Source: the human T2T-CHM13v2.0 reference genome, Homo sapiens. From it: DNA of 64,000 nucleotides. The stretch is taken from assembly GCF_009914755.1 (NCBI RefSeq), contig NC_060932.1, one strand, 5' to 3'. Within the stretch, counting starts at the first letter, position 1, and every line of letters starts with the position of its first letter. Below, piece after piece: positions 14,901 to 27,859 of this stretch. Position numbers and translations under genes: made by a program. The notes under the pieces are model-generated. The model was not told where the DNA came from and made no database searches. It saw only the letters and a list, made by a program, of their open reading frames with translations.

Positions 14901-16659
14901 TGCACTTGATCACAGGTGATGTCATCTCAACTGTCCCTCAGGCTTCTCTGAGCTTTGCTGTCGTCCTTACTTAAAACTATTTGCATTGTTAGAAAGAAGA
15001 AGAGACTAGCAGGCACCTAGCAGTGACTGAATACCCAACAATCCACTTAAGGAGATGAATGGTATGATTCTCCGAGGCTCTGTGGGACCACGGGGCTTTA
15101 TCAAGGTTGCCTAACAGAGCAGTGGCTCAGCCAGCATTGAAATGTCACCTGCCTGGTTCCCATGTGTGTGTGCATGTGTGTGTGTATGTATGTGTGTGTG
15201 TGAACCCAAACCTGTGCCCAAGTCAGACTTATGTGACTCTTGCAGCCAGTTCTCCCTCACAGTGTTGCTTGGAAGGAAACTGGAAGGAAAAGAAGCTTTA
15301 GGAGAGAGAAATTGTGACCTCCTTTCCGCAGGTTGCTATCGCCACAGGCTTTCCACAAGCTTCTCCCTGGGCGGCCACCCCAGAGGCTAGAACATAGCAG
15401 AGGATTTTTCGTAAAATCTTTGGAGTCTTCAGAAGAAGGTCTTTTGAGATAGGTCATGGAGAAATGAGGCCTTTGAGCCATAAATTGGCCATAGTGTGCA
15501 GGCTGGGGCCTCACCAGTTCAGCGAAATCTCCAGCCTTGAGAACTGAAACTGACTTGGGGCTCTGATTTTAACAATGGCCTTGAAGTAAGGCATTCCTCC
15601 TTGTGTAGTTGGAGCTGCTTCCCCTCCTCCTTTGTTCCCCTTCACCATGGCATAGCCCCAGGGAGTCCCGATGCCAAATTCAGTCTTTGGCCTGTATCCT
15701 GAAGTCAATTCCCTTAGGAATACTTTTCTTCACTTGCCTGCCTGAGGCCCCTCTCCACACTTTTGCTTGCTTTCCCATGTTAAGAAGACGTATTTGAAAG
15801 TGATTCCTGGGTGGCCAGAGTCAGAAGGCTGGGCAACCATCTGCCTTGCCGGCCACCTCCCCAGCCCTGCCGAGCTGTGAGCTTACAGGTGGTACCATCT
15901 GCACTTCTGCACCTTTTTTTTTTTTTTTGGCCCTGACCTTTGGCCTAATAAAAGCAAAGTGCAGAGCTTTGAATGAGGGAGATAGAAACAAGATGTTCTC
16001 TACCTCCCCCACCCCCTCTTTTCTCTCCTCCTTCTCCTCCTCCTCTTCTTCCTCTTTCCTTCTCTACACTTAGTCTGTGCCAAACATAAATCCAGGGATG
16101 TATTTATTTTTCCCAGTGAACTAAAGGTTTATAAGGAGGATGCCCTTTTCTCTGCAAGGACTGGTATTCTCTTCCCTTGGAAAACTCCTGTTCATCCTTC
16201 TGGATCTGGGGGAAGAAACCCATTTCCCTCAAGACTGTTCTCACCACCTGGGTGGAGTTGCTGACTTTCCATTTTGGAACATTACACTTCCAGGGCTTCG
16301 CTCTGGTCCAGAATACACTTACTGTGCTGTTCTAGCTCATCTCTTGGTGTGCGTGTCAACTGAACCATTTGAAGGGGATGACTGTGGCTCCTTTACTTAT
16401 CTCTGTGTCCTCTGTGCCCACTACAGGGTCAAACACAGCATGGAAGCTAAACATACATGTGCAAAATGGACAAATGTAGGTACAAGCAGGGGCACCCTTA
16501 GTTCAGAAGGGAGCTTGGGCTCCAGATCACTTAGCTCTAACTTGGAAGCTGGAACACCTGGCTCTGTTACACAGACAAGACCTGTGTCTCCATATATACA
16601 ATTTATTCCTCACACTTGGCAAATGTGTGCCGAAGCTGAAAGAGCTCAACCTTAGAGTT

Positions 16660-16850
16660 TGACAGGTTCAGGTTTGAATCCCTGCTCTGCCTTTTCCCAA
16701 GCAGGGGACTTTGAGTAAATGACTTCACTGCTGCCTTTGCCACAGTTTCCCCATCTGTAAAATAAACATAGAAACACTTGCTTTGCCTGATTTGTTGAAA
16801 AGAATAGAGATGATGTTTGCAAAGTCCTGGCATGAGCAGTAGCTATTATG
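16660..16850 (+). mobile_element. MIR
   Basis: ggtttgaatccctgctctgcc...cagtttccccatctgtaaaat. Confidence 0.75.
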
Positions 16851-17415
16851 GCTATTTTATTTACCCTGAAAAGCAACTGTTCATAGTATCACAAGGCAGG
16901 CAGGGGTAGGGGGCAATAAAAGCATTTGTAGCAAGGATCCAGTTATTTGCAGGCTTCTCTTCTGTCTGGCTTTGTTTACTGTCATGCAGGAAAAGTGCCT
17001 TCACCAGGGCACAGCAGTAAACCTGTTGGCTACTCTAGTCCTGCCTGGGTTCCCAGGAAATTGGCATGAGAGGAGCTGCCTGCTGCTTGTGGGCCTGCTA
17101 TTTAGGCTGCAATAGCTGTGGGAACACACAGGGTTAGGAAAACAAACACATGACTCATTGGGGACTTCCGACCTCAAGCCAATGAGGTGCTGACTCCTTG
17201 CAATTTCTAAGGGTTCCCAGTACATATGTATATGTCTGCTCAGCCTTCCTTGGACCTGAGCCCATCTGTCTCTGCTCTCACACTTTGTGGGGGGCCAAGG
17301 GATGGAATGCTTGTGTTCCTACCCTTCATCCCTCCTTCTGCGTTTATTGAGCCTTGCTAGGTGCTGGGAATGTGATGACGAGTAAGACAGTGCAGGGTAC
17401 AGACAAGTCAACACA

Positions 17416-17895
17416 TGTGGTCTGCTGGACAGCAGCCCCCCAAGATGACCATAATCTCTGGGACCTTCGACTGTTATCTCACATGGCAAAAAGGACTTTG
17501 CAGATGTGATTAAATTAAGGATCTTGAGATGGGAAGAGTGCTGAATTACTCAGGTGGACCCAAAGCAATCACAAATAGTTACTTATTAGTGGTTCCTTAT
17601 TAGAGGGAGGCAGAGGGAGACTGAATACCCTAGAGGAGGAGATATGACCATGGAAGCAGAGATTGTAGTGATGCAGCCAGGAGCCAAGAAATGCTGGCAG
17701 CCTCTAGAAGTGGAAGACAAGAAACTGATTTTCCTTTGGAGCTCCAGAAGGACCCAGCCCTGCTGATGCCTTGCTTTTAGTTCCTTATGACTTAGTTCAG
17801 CCTCTGACCTCCAGAAGGGTAAGAGGATAAATTTGTGTTGTTATTAGCTGCCAAGTTTGCGATGATTTGTTACAGCAGCGAGAGGAACTAATACA
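17416..17895 (+). mobile_element. MLT1D-like solo LTR
   Basis: tgtgg start; ggcaaaaaggactttgcagatgtgattaaattaaggatcttgagatggg; end tttgttacagcagcgagaggaactaataca. Confidence 0.9.
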
Positions 17896-18361
17896 ATGTG
17901 TCCTTGCAGTATTCTAAGTGTTAACACCACTTCCCTAGTGATGAAGGAGACTGAATGGCTCAGTGGTTCCGAGGTAGATCCCTGGAGTCCCAGTGCTTTG
18001 GTTCAAGTTCACGTTCACCTTTTGTTAGTTAAGGGGCCTTTTGCCATGTTACTTCTCAAAGCCCCAGGTTTGTCTGTCATCTGATGTAACATCATGATGT
18101 AAAATAAGGGTAATAGTGATTTCCATCTCATGCATGGTGGTGAGGATTGAGCTGTGAAATGCACTTGAAGATGGCTGTCTGGAGCACAGTATGTACCCCA
18201 GCACCTTCCTCCCGTGCCTTACCTCTTGTACCTCGTCATCGACAGGAAGGCACTGGATGCTGGAGAACCTCTCCACAGGGATGTCACAATGCAGGGCAAT
18301 GTCTGCAGAGGTGTTCTGGGCTGAGGCTTCTGGATAGGATTGATAGGACATTTAGTAGTTA

Positions 18362-19033
18362 GCAGTGGGAGGAGGCAGGGGTGCCCGAGACCCAGCGCTT
18401 CTGGGGGGCTGGGCACTGTGCTGGGCCCTCAGTAGTTTAGTGGCTATTCTGAAACAGTCACTCACTCCTGATCCTCCCGTCACTGCAGTTCACAGGCAGC
18501 CTTAGTTTTACCTCTGTAAGCTACTCATGAGCATACATCATTCTTTTATTTAGTAAATGGGAATCTTGCCCCTGTCATGTACCTGTCAGGCATTGCAGGA
18601 GTGAGTGGAAGCTGCTGCAGGGTTACCGCACCTGGGTTTTGCCAGAAAGGTAATAGAAGGCTGTCAAAGCAGCTCCTGGAGGACAGTTGAGCAAGTGACT
18701 GTTAGAGAAACCTGAGGCTTCGTTAGGGCCAGGACTTGGCTGCAGGGTGCTGTTCCATTCCTGCCTGCCTCTGCTGCATTGAGGATGCAGCCTCCAGGCC
18801 CACCATGGGTTTGGGCTCCTTCCCTGGGACATTTGGGATGATTTTGATGCATAACTTGCTGTTGAGATTCTCACCAAATAGCTGCCTGGGCCCCTCTCCT
18901 CCTGACCAGTCAGCCACCGCCACTGCCACTGCCAGAGGTCCACAGATGGAAGCTCCCCCAGGCAGTGGGAAGAGGCAGGGGTGCCCGAGACCCAGCACTT
19001 CTGGGGAAGTTGGGCACTGTGCTGGGGCCTTAG
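18362..19033. repeat. Two ~71 bp direct repeat copies (18362-18432, 18962-19033)
   Basis: gcagtggga(g/a)gaggcaggggtgcccgagacccagc(g/a)cttctgggg...gggcactgtgctggg, ~90% identical by eye. Confidence 0.9.
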
Positions 19034-19727
19034 GCCCTGCAGTCACCACTCCTCTGAGGGGCAGGAGCCACTGGGTCCATTTTACAGTCTCCTCACCTGT
19101 CTTTCAGTTGGTGATGGGACATACGCCCATTTGTTTTCATTTTGCATGTATGTTCAGAGGGGAGTAATCATTATCACTGCTTCCAATTCTATAATTTATG
19201 TGTTTAATGGATTTTTCAGGTGTGGGTTTGGGGGAGCTTGCTTTGATTCGCTATAGAGAATGTTCTTTTCCCCACCTGGAAATGCAGTTGTCATTGTTAT
19301 TGTGTTGTTGCACTTTGTTTGCATTCCTGAGGCCGTGTCGGCAACAGGCTTGGAAAGGGAAGTGGGGGACAGCCTTGAAGCATCTGGCCTGTAAGTACAG
19401 TCCATTTGGAGGGAGGATCTCAATGCATTTTTTAGCATAAATACACGCTAGGCTAGCTGTGCCCACAGACAGAGGAGGTACCCAACCCTCCCACGTTCTC
19501 TGCCCTTGCTGAGAAGCCTGGGTTCTGAACCCCAGGCCTCCGTGGGACACAGAGCTTCTCAGGAGCACACGAAGCTCAGTCTCTGCCCCTGCCTTCCAGG
19601 TAAACACAAATGCTGCTCGCGTTGGTGGCTTAGAGCCCAGCAGCACATTTAGTTCAGTGCCTTTCCTGGGCTTGGTGGGCAGGTGAGGGTGCAAAGTCAC
19701 CCTTGATGAAGAACCACTGGTGTAGAC

Positions 19728-20053
19728 TAGTGGTTCCCAACATTTGCTATACCAGAAATCCCTTTTACTGGTTCTCCTTCCCTGTGAGGGAGTTTATCGA
19801 CCAAATAAACTTCATTGTTAAGTATTTATTCCTCTACTTTCTTATCTAAAAATATCTGCCAGTGGGAGTTCCTGATCTGGGTCACCAGGCTGAGTTGATA
19901 TAATTCTGGCCAGTATCGAACAAAGAAGCTTGATATTTTAGGTGACAACCGTGGTCTTATTGGAAAGGAAGGTGAAATTTCTGGTAGACTTCTTGACCCT
20001 TCGAAAAATAGACTGAGGACCCCCGTGGAGGAGTCCTGAGATTGGAATCGCTG
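19728..20053. mobile_element. hAT-Charlie-type non-autonomous DNA transposon
   Basis: Inverted termini tagtggttcccaa / ttggaatcgctg; 8 bp TSD gtgtagac / gtataaac (6/8). Confidence 0.65.
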
Positions 20054-21469
20054 GTATAAACTTTTATTTTGCTGTTTGGAATTAAGAATTTGGATCAAAT
20101 GTTGATGGAAGGTTTCTTTGAGCTCCACATTTCCCTGGGAGCCTCCATCCTGTCTTGTCCCCTTTTAGCATGAGCAGTGTCATTATTCAGCATGTATTTA
20201 GTCAGTGATCGCCACATGCCTGGCACTTCCCTGGGTGTGAGGTTGCCGCGGTGAACAGCAGATGCAGACATGGTACTAATGGGGTCTGTAGCCAAGTGAG
20301 GGAGGCTAAGAAAGAAAGAATGTCATTTCCAGCAGTGATAAGTCCTAAGAGGGAGGTGCGGCACGTGAATGGGCTTGAGGGTGCTGGCCTCTGGAGTAAC
20401 AAGCCTCTGTAAATAATCAAGTCACCCATATCCCAGCCCTGCCCTGAAGCACAGTCTTCACTTGGCCTGTTTAGGATCATTTCACAGATTCATTGACAGG
20501 GCCCAGTTCCTGCTAGTTGACTCCTTGGGGACGGAATCCTCTATTGCTTGCAAAAATATGCTCTGCAGTAGGCTGTGTCTTGCTAATTGAGAGGGATTCT
20601 GAGAAGTGGAGCAGCCCTGCCTCACTAGATTCAGTAAGAGGAGGCCTTATAGGTACGTTGAATCTGGCCTGGTGGACAAAGCACCCTGCTGAGAGCTGGG
20701 CAGGTCTTCGGAAGGAGATTTAATGTTCTTCAGTAGGAAACATGGTAATTCCTCTCTCCCTCTCCAGATGTCTGCAACCAAGTCATTATAACACAGAAGG
20801 GACCTTGCAGCCATTGTGTCTTTGTGCTCAGGTACTGTCTGAGGGAGGGAAGGGAGGCAGAAGGAAGGGGAGGGACGGATCAGCTCCATTTGCTGAGCCA
20901 ACCTACTCAGCACCAGGTGCCCCTCCTCTTGGCCACTGGAAGGCTTTCTTTCTTCTGGCCACAATCAAACACCGTTTCTTCTTTCTGCCTTGGTTCCCTG
21001 TGAGTCAATGACTGTTGCCGTGGGAAATAGTAGCTGCTTGGCAGGGGAGTTCATGAAGGTTGCAGAGCACCTGCTCAGGTTCTTGCCTCGCCTCCCTTCC
21101 CCCTTCCTCCCTCCTCCCACCTTTCCTTACCTGGCAGCTACCTAATTCTTCTCTTTCAAAATACAGTTCAGAGAACAATCCACACCAGCTGGTTGGGGAA
21201 TCATCCAAAGAGACAATTTCTACCCTGTGCCCACCTCTCCTCTAGTTAACACCTTTCAGTGTTCCCTCCCTTCCTGTTGTCCTTAAGTTAATGCCCTAAA
21301 GTCATGGCCCTTGCTCAGCCTCTAAGGCCCTGGTGGGTGCTGCTTCCCCTTGTAGCTGGGTGGGTTTCAGGAAATGCCCCATCTGGTCATGAGAGATAGG
21401 CAGCCATACCTCAGGGGAGATGGTGGCTGGGGAGACAGTCTAGCCACAAAGAGCAAAAAAGATAGGGAT

Positions 21470-21960
21470 GAGATGGCTCAGAGGGAGTCTTGGTAAGGAC
21501 TTTGGCTCTTTCTCTGTTGAGATGGGACCATCGGAAACTTTTTGGCAGGTTCTGATTTGCATTTTAATGAGATCCTTCTGGCTGCTGTGTTGAAAGTGGA
21601 CTGGAAGTGGCAAAGATGGAAAGACAGACCAATCAGGAGGCTATTGTGGTAATCCAGGGTATTGCAGTAATCCTGGCCTGGTGGAAGCAGAGGAGATTGT
21701 GAGACATGATCAGATTCAGAATATATCTCAAAGGTAGGATTTGCTGGTGGATTGGCTATGGGGTGCCGTAAGAAATATGATCCCGATTGTTGATTATCCT
21801 GTGCAACTACAGAATGAAGTTTCCATTTATTGATATGGGCCAATCCTCAGGGTGAGCAGGAGTGCCTATTTGTTTTTTTGTGGATAGAGGTGGAATTGTT
21901 ATGTTAGAGATGTTGGTCAGACATCCAAGTGGAGACAGTAAGGAGGCAGCTGCATGTACA
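21470..21960 (-). mobile_element. L2 fragment
   Basis: ggtaaggactttggc...tctgatttgcattttaatgagatccttctggctgctgtgttg...aggaggctattgtggtaatccagg. Confidence 0.8.
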
Positions 21961-22000
21961 GATCCAGAGTGTCCACTTGGCCAGGCCATGGTACTCAGAC

Positions 22001-22372
22001 ATGTGATCAAATACCAGTTGAGATGTCACATGGAGTACGTTTTGAATGAGGTTAACATTTAAATCAGTAGACTTTGAGGAAAGGACATTACCCTCCACAA
22101 TGTGAATGGGCCTCATCCAATAGTTGAAGGCTTTAAGAGTAAAAAGACTGAGGAAATGGGAAGTGGGAATTCTGACCCCACATTGCCTTTGGACTCAAGC
22201 CGCAGTATCAGCTCTTCCTAGGGGCTCCAGCTTGCTGGCCTGCCCTGCAGAGTTTGGACTTGCCAGCCCCCATAATCACACGAGCCAACTCCTTAAAATC
22301 TCTCTCTTTCTGTCTCTCTCTTCAACATACACACATCCTACTGATTCTGTTTTTCTGGAAAATCCTAACACA
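22001..22372 (+). mobile_element. MLT2 (ERVL) LTR
   Basis: gaggttaacatttaaatcagtagactttgag...gggcctcatccaatagttgaagg...ttctgtttttctggaaaatcctaacaca. Confidence 0.85.
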
Positions 22373-22549
22373 TGGAAGAAAGGGATAAATTTGGATATCC
22401 AAAATTTATGCAAAAATGGATATTCTGATTTGTATTTGGGACTTAAGTTATTTAAGCCTTAAATATGAGCGTGATCATCAAGAGACAATTGTGGGCAGAG
22501 AGGAGCCAGTCCATGGGGCCGCACAGCACAGATTAAGAGATTCAGAAAT

Positions 22550-23578
22550 TATGTGTGTATGTTTGTGTGTGTTATATGTGTTTGGGTGTGAGTGCTTGTG
22601 TGTGTGTATGTGTTTTTGTGCTTTTGTGTGTGTGTGCTTGTGTGTGAGTGCTTCTGTGTGTTGTTTGTGCTTGTGTGTTTGTGTATGTACATTTGTGCTT
22701 GTGTATTTGTATGTGTATTGTTTACGTGCATGTGTTTGTGTGTATATGTTTGTGCATGTGTGTGCATATGTGTGTGTGCTTGTATATGTGTGTGTTTTCT
22801 GCTTGGGTGTGTTTGTGTGCATATGTTTGTGTGTGCTTGTGTGTGTTTATGCTTTTGTGTTTCTGTGTGCTTTGTGCTCGTGTGTGTTTTTTGAGTGCCT
22901 GTGTGTTTGTGTGTTTTGTGCTTGTGTGTATTTGTGCATATGTTTGTGTGTGCTTGTGTGTGATTGTGTGTATATGTTTGTGCATGTGTGTGCATGTGTG
23001 TTTCTGCTTGTATGTGTGTTTCTGCATGTGTTTGTGTTTTGTGCTTGTGTTCGTGTGTGTGCATGTGTGTGTGTTTGTGTGTGTGTTTGTGCATGTGTGT
23101 GCATCTGTGTGTTTATGCTTGTATGTTTGTGTTGTGCTCATGTTTGCATGTGTGTGCATCTGTGTTTATGCTTGTATGTGTTGTGCTCATGTGTTGTTTG
23201 TGTTTGTGTGCATATGTGTATGTGTGTGTTTGTGTGCATGTGTGTGTGTGCTCGTGTGTTTGTGTGCATGTGTGTGTGTTTGGCGTGTATATGTGTTTGG
23301 TGTGTGTGCCTGGTGCGTATGTGTTTGGTGTATGTGTGTTTGTGTGTGTATGCATGTGTGTTGTGTACGTGTGTGTGCTTGGTGAATGTGTGTATTTTGT
23401 GTGTGTGTTTGTGTGTGTTTGCATGTGTGTACATGTGTTTGGTGTGTGTGTGTATGTGTGTTGTGTGCATGTGTGGTGAATGTGTGTGTATTTTGTGAGT
23501 GCGTGTTGTTCGTGTGTGTTTGTGTGTGTGTTGTTCGTGTGTGCATGTGTTTAGTATGTGTGTGTTTGTATTGGTTGC
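22550..23578. repeat. ~1 kb degenerate (TG)n low-complexity array
   Basis: Continuous TG/TA/CA-interrupted dinucleotide repeat with re-used sub-blocks. Confidence 0.97.
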
Positions 23579-24565
23579 TGAGCACTTGCTATGTGTCAAG
23601 CATCCCCTATTACTAGATGCAGCCTCTCCTTAAAACAGTTTGGATGTCATCATGGAGAGCCATCTATCTCCTTACTTTTTCTGGAAGTTTGGGAAGGGAT
23701 TCTCATGGGCCACCTATGTATTTGACTGATGCTTTGCAGTTCCTGTATCACAGTCCCTCCAGTGTTCTGGGCAGCAGACTGGCATCCAGCCATTCCTTCT
23801 CCTGTGTCAGAAATTGATTATTCTGGCATCTTCCTTCCATGCCATTTTCAGTTCCCCTAACCTCCAGTCTCTTGAAGCCATTTAGCATCTCTTGGTACTG
23901 AGTAATCCCGTTTATTAAAGCATGTGAAGCTTCCTTAATGGCAAGTGTTGGTACAAATAGTTTTGCAGCCCCAAGGGACAGGGTCATTTGAACTCGGTGA
24001 CTGGAAAAATGGTTGGTGTGAATAATGTGAAGTGCAGGACCATGGTGATGAATTTCCTTCACCCTCTTTGTTCCTTGTTTTCTTTGTAAGGCAGAATGTT
24101 TAACCCATATTTTCCAAGAACTGTGTAGGTGGGTTGCTGGGGACAATTGATTTTTAGAGAAGTATTATTTCTCTGGATGTAGAAACCAAGAAGCAAAGAA
24201 TAATATTGAGCAAGAGTCCTCCTGATGACCAGGCCTGGGCTAATTATGGCGATAGTGTTGCAATGTGTTTGGACCATCATACAGTATAAGAACACCACTT
24301 CCCCCCAAGATGTGCAGGACACAGGATACTCCCCAGGGCCTTGCTCTAGCCCCATGTCACCCAATGTCAAGTGGATCAGCTACTTTCTAAGACTGTAATT
24401 GGTCCTGAAGAAGAAGGAGTGGAGCCTGGCAGGAGGAAGGGACACAGGTCTTTGTGTGAGGAATACTAACTGGTAATGGTAGTTCTGGTACTGCCCTGGC
24501 TTGCTGTGTGAGCCTTCTCACCTGTATGAGCAGTGGGATCACCATCTATGAGGAGATTGGACTAG

Positions 24566-24973
<408 letters not shown>

Positions 24974-25626
24974 TAAATAAAGGGGCCAGCCCTCCATTAG
25001 CATCCACTTAATGTTGTATTGTGGGAGGGTGCATTCAGTGCTGCCAAATTAATTTTTGGACTTTGAATATAATGAAAATTTCTGAATTTTGGATGTAGGC
25101 AATAACTTCAAAAATATTTGAAACACCCTGTGGGTTAGATCTGTAGCTGGATAAAGCCCCCTAGGACTTCACGTTGCAACTCAGCATTCCTGAATTGCTC
25201 TCCATGGCTTCTCACAGGCTGGGGGTCAGGAGGTGAGGGAAGCTCTTTTGATTTGTTTTGTTTTGAAATCAGTGTAAGTATCTTCAAGGAACTAAGAGAA
25301 CAAAATCAGACTGGAAGCTGGGTCACAAGATGCTGTTGCCTAGAGACTTAGACAGAGGGCATGGCATTCGCTCGCTCATAGAAGGAGATGGCCTACGGCA
25401 GGAGCCTCAGCAGCCCATCCCCCTGGGATTGATCCCTGTGTCCTCCACCTGCTGTCTCTGGCTCTGTGGACTCCATGGCATTCAGAGCTGGGGGAAATCA
25501 AGTATTTCAACATCTTAATTTTTTCAGTCGATAATTATATTTTGGAGATCTTTGTGTGTCCGTATGTGTGTGTACACATACATTATTTTTTAACTGCTAT
25601 ATAGTATTATTTTCCCAAACTATTTC

Positions 25627-25627
<1 letters not shown>

Positions 25628-25662
<35 letters not shown>
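25628..25662. repeat. (CA)n microsatellite
   Basis: Near-perfect CA run. Confidence 0.95.
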
Positions 25663-25684
25663 AAGGAGGCCAAACATCTTGTCT

Positions 25685-26000
25685 TTTTTTTTTTTTTTTT
25701 TTTAAAGACAGGGTCTTGCTCTGTCATCCAGGCTGGAGTGCAGTGGTGCAATCACGGCAGCCTTGACCTCCTGAGCTCAAGTGGTCCTCCTGCCTCAGCC
25801 TCCCAAGTAGCTGGGACTACAGACATGCACCATCACACCCGGTTAATTTTTTTATTATTATTTATTTATTTATTTTTTTTTTGTAGAGAAGGGGTCTCAC
25901 TATGTTGCTCAGGCTGGTGTCAACCTCCTGGTCTCAAGTGATCCTGCTGCCCAGGCTCCCAAAGTGTTGAGACTACAGGTATGAGTCACCGCACCTAGCC
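25685..26000 (-). mobile_element. AluJ
   Basis: Antisense J-type dimer; TSD ccaaacatctt. Confidence 0.92.
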
Positions 26001-26019
26001 CCAAACATCTTATTGGACA

Positions 26020-26276
26020 AGCCTTTCTTGGCCACTCTATGCAGACAGCACCCACCTCGCACCTCCATCTCCCCTTTTTTTTTTCTATCTTAATTGATCA
26101 CCATAGCACCTATCATCATCTGACCCAGCATATAGTTACTTGTTTATTTGTTTGTTGACAGTCTGACACCCCCAACCCCTCATGAACCCCAGGAATGCAG
26201 AGACTTCTGTTAATTTTATTAAGTGCTTTATTCCCTGGAAAATGGTAAGTGCCTACTAAATATTTGTTAAATGCAT
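26020..26276 (+). mobile_element. L2 3' end
   Basis: catagcacctatcatcatctgac...tacttgtttatttg...taaatatttgttaaatg. Confidence 0.7.
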
Positions 26277-27686
26277 AAGTCTCTATTTTGGAGATGACCT
26301 CCACACCCAGCCTCAGGCACAGAGATGTAAAGTAACTTACTCAAAATCACCCAGCTACTGACAGGCAAATCTGGGCCCAGAGCCCATGCTCTAATCTAAA
26401 TCATTACTACCTCCCTGCTGGTAACAAACAAAACCTCAGCACAGTGCCTGCAACACAGTAAGGACTCAGTAAATGTTAAATAAAGGTAATAATGCTTATA
26501 ACAACCATCTTTGCCCCCAGAAAGATCCTTACCTTGAGGAGATAGCAAGGATTTGAGATGTTCAATATAAAATACCAAGTATGGTGCCTGTGCATAGTTG
26601 GCCATCAATGAGTGGTGGCTATTTACTATTATACTTGTTATTTTATTATACTTTAGCACATTGTGTTGTACTTAAATACCACTTGTTTGCCCTACTTATC
26701 TTTGTCCCTCCTGAGGGTGCGGAGTGAGCCTTATTCATTCCAGCATTCCTACAATCTTGTACATCCATACAATTCTTGATATGTAGTTGACATACACTAC
26801 TGTAAGGTACATGAATGAGTAAGTAGATAAAGGAATGAACAAATGGACCAGTGGTTTGTTGGGGCCACTCTGGCCAGTGGTTTGGGGACATGCTTCCTGG
26901 AGTCTTATCCCCTCTTGTCAGATTCAGGTTTAGGACAACGGTACAGTTGTTCCATTGTTCCCAGATAACATATCCTATCTTAACGTCTTTGCTGGGGCAG
27001 CCCTTGGACACACCCTGAGCTCCTGCCCTATCACTGGCCCCACTTGTACCCCTTGTGGGCAGGCACCACGGCAGCCTGCTCTGAAGGGAGCTTTCATGTG
27101 GCCGACCAACTCTACTCCTTGACTCCTCCCTTCTCTCATTGAAAAAAAATGTTTAAGGGGACATTTCTCTCTCCTAAACTTTTTATGTTCCATTGAAGAC
27201 CTGGAAAACATGTTAAATAAAAATGCTTTGCCACAGCTGACCTATGTCTTCTGGCTTGTACCCCACAACATCTTATCTAATGGGTAAGTCAGTTCTTATC
27301 TTTATTTCACTACTGAAGAAACTGATGCATAAGTGTTATATGCTTTTTAAGTTACGTAGTATTAGTGAAAGAGCCTAGGGCCAGAACCAGCTGTCTGCAC
27401 GCAACCCAATGCTTTTTCCACAAGAGTTACCCACATGGCTGTATTTGTTGGTATTTTCTACCCTTACCTGCTTCCAGAAGACTTTGGAAGGGTGTGTTAC
27501 AAAAGCAGTGATCCAGGGCAACTTTCAAGTCTGTTAGCTCCTTGTGACAACCGAGCTGCCCTGTAAGGCGTAATGAGGAGCGGCTTCATAATGAGCTGAA
27601 GTAGTTCTGCAGATGACACTGCTCAAGGATGGGGATGCTTTCCTCTCTGCCATGTTTTCCTTTCCTGTTGGATTTGACTCTTAGAT

Positions 27687-27859
27687 CAGTTGTTCTAAGA
27701 CTGGGTTGAAGCTTGGAATTGCCTAGAGGATTTTTTAAATCCTGCTGCTAGTACCCCAGCTGCAAAGATTTTGATTTTGTCTGAAATGGGACCTGGGCAT
27801 TTGGATTTATAACATCTCCCCAGGTGATTCTATTATGCAGTGGAGTTTGAGGACCACAG
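27687..27859. mobile_element. MER5A hAT-Charlie MITE
   Basis: Termini cagttgttct / ttgaggaccacag; internal ctccccaggtgattct; TSD tcttaga(t/g). Confidence 0.85.

Noticed and set aside
18362-19033. Palindromic direct repeats as a CRISPR-like array
   Set aside because: Only two copies, a ~530 bp spacer, eukaryotic context and no cas-like ORF
22416-23616. 360 aa and overlapping Cys/Val-rich or His/Thr-rich ORFs
   Set aside because: These are translations of the (TG)n/(CA)n array; openness in many frames on both strands is a low-complexity artefact
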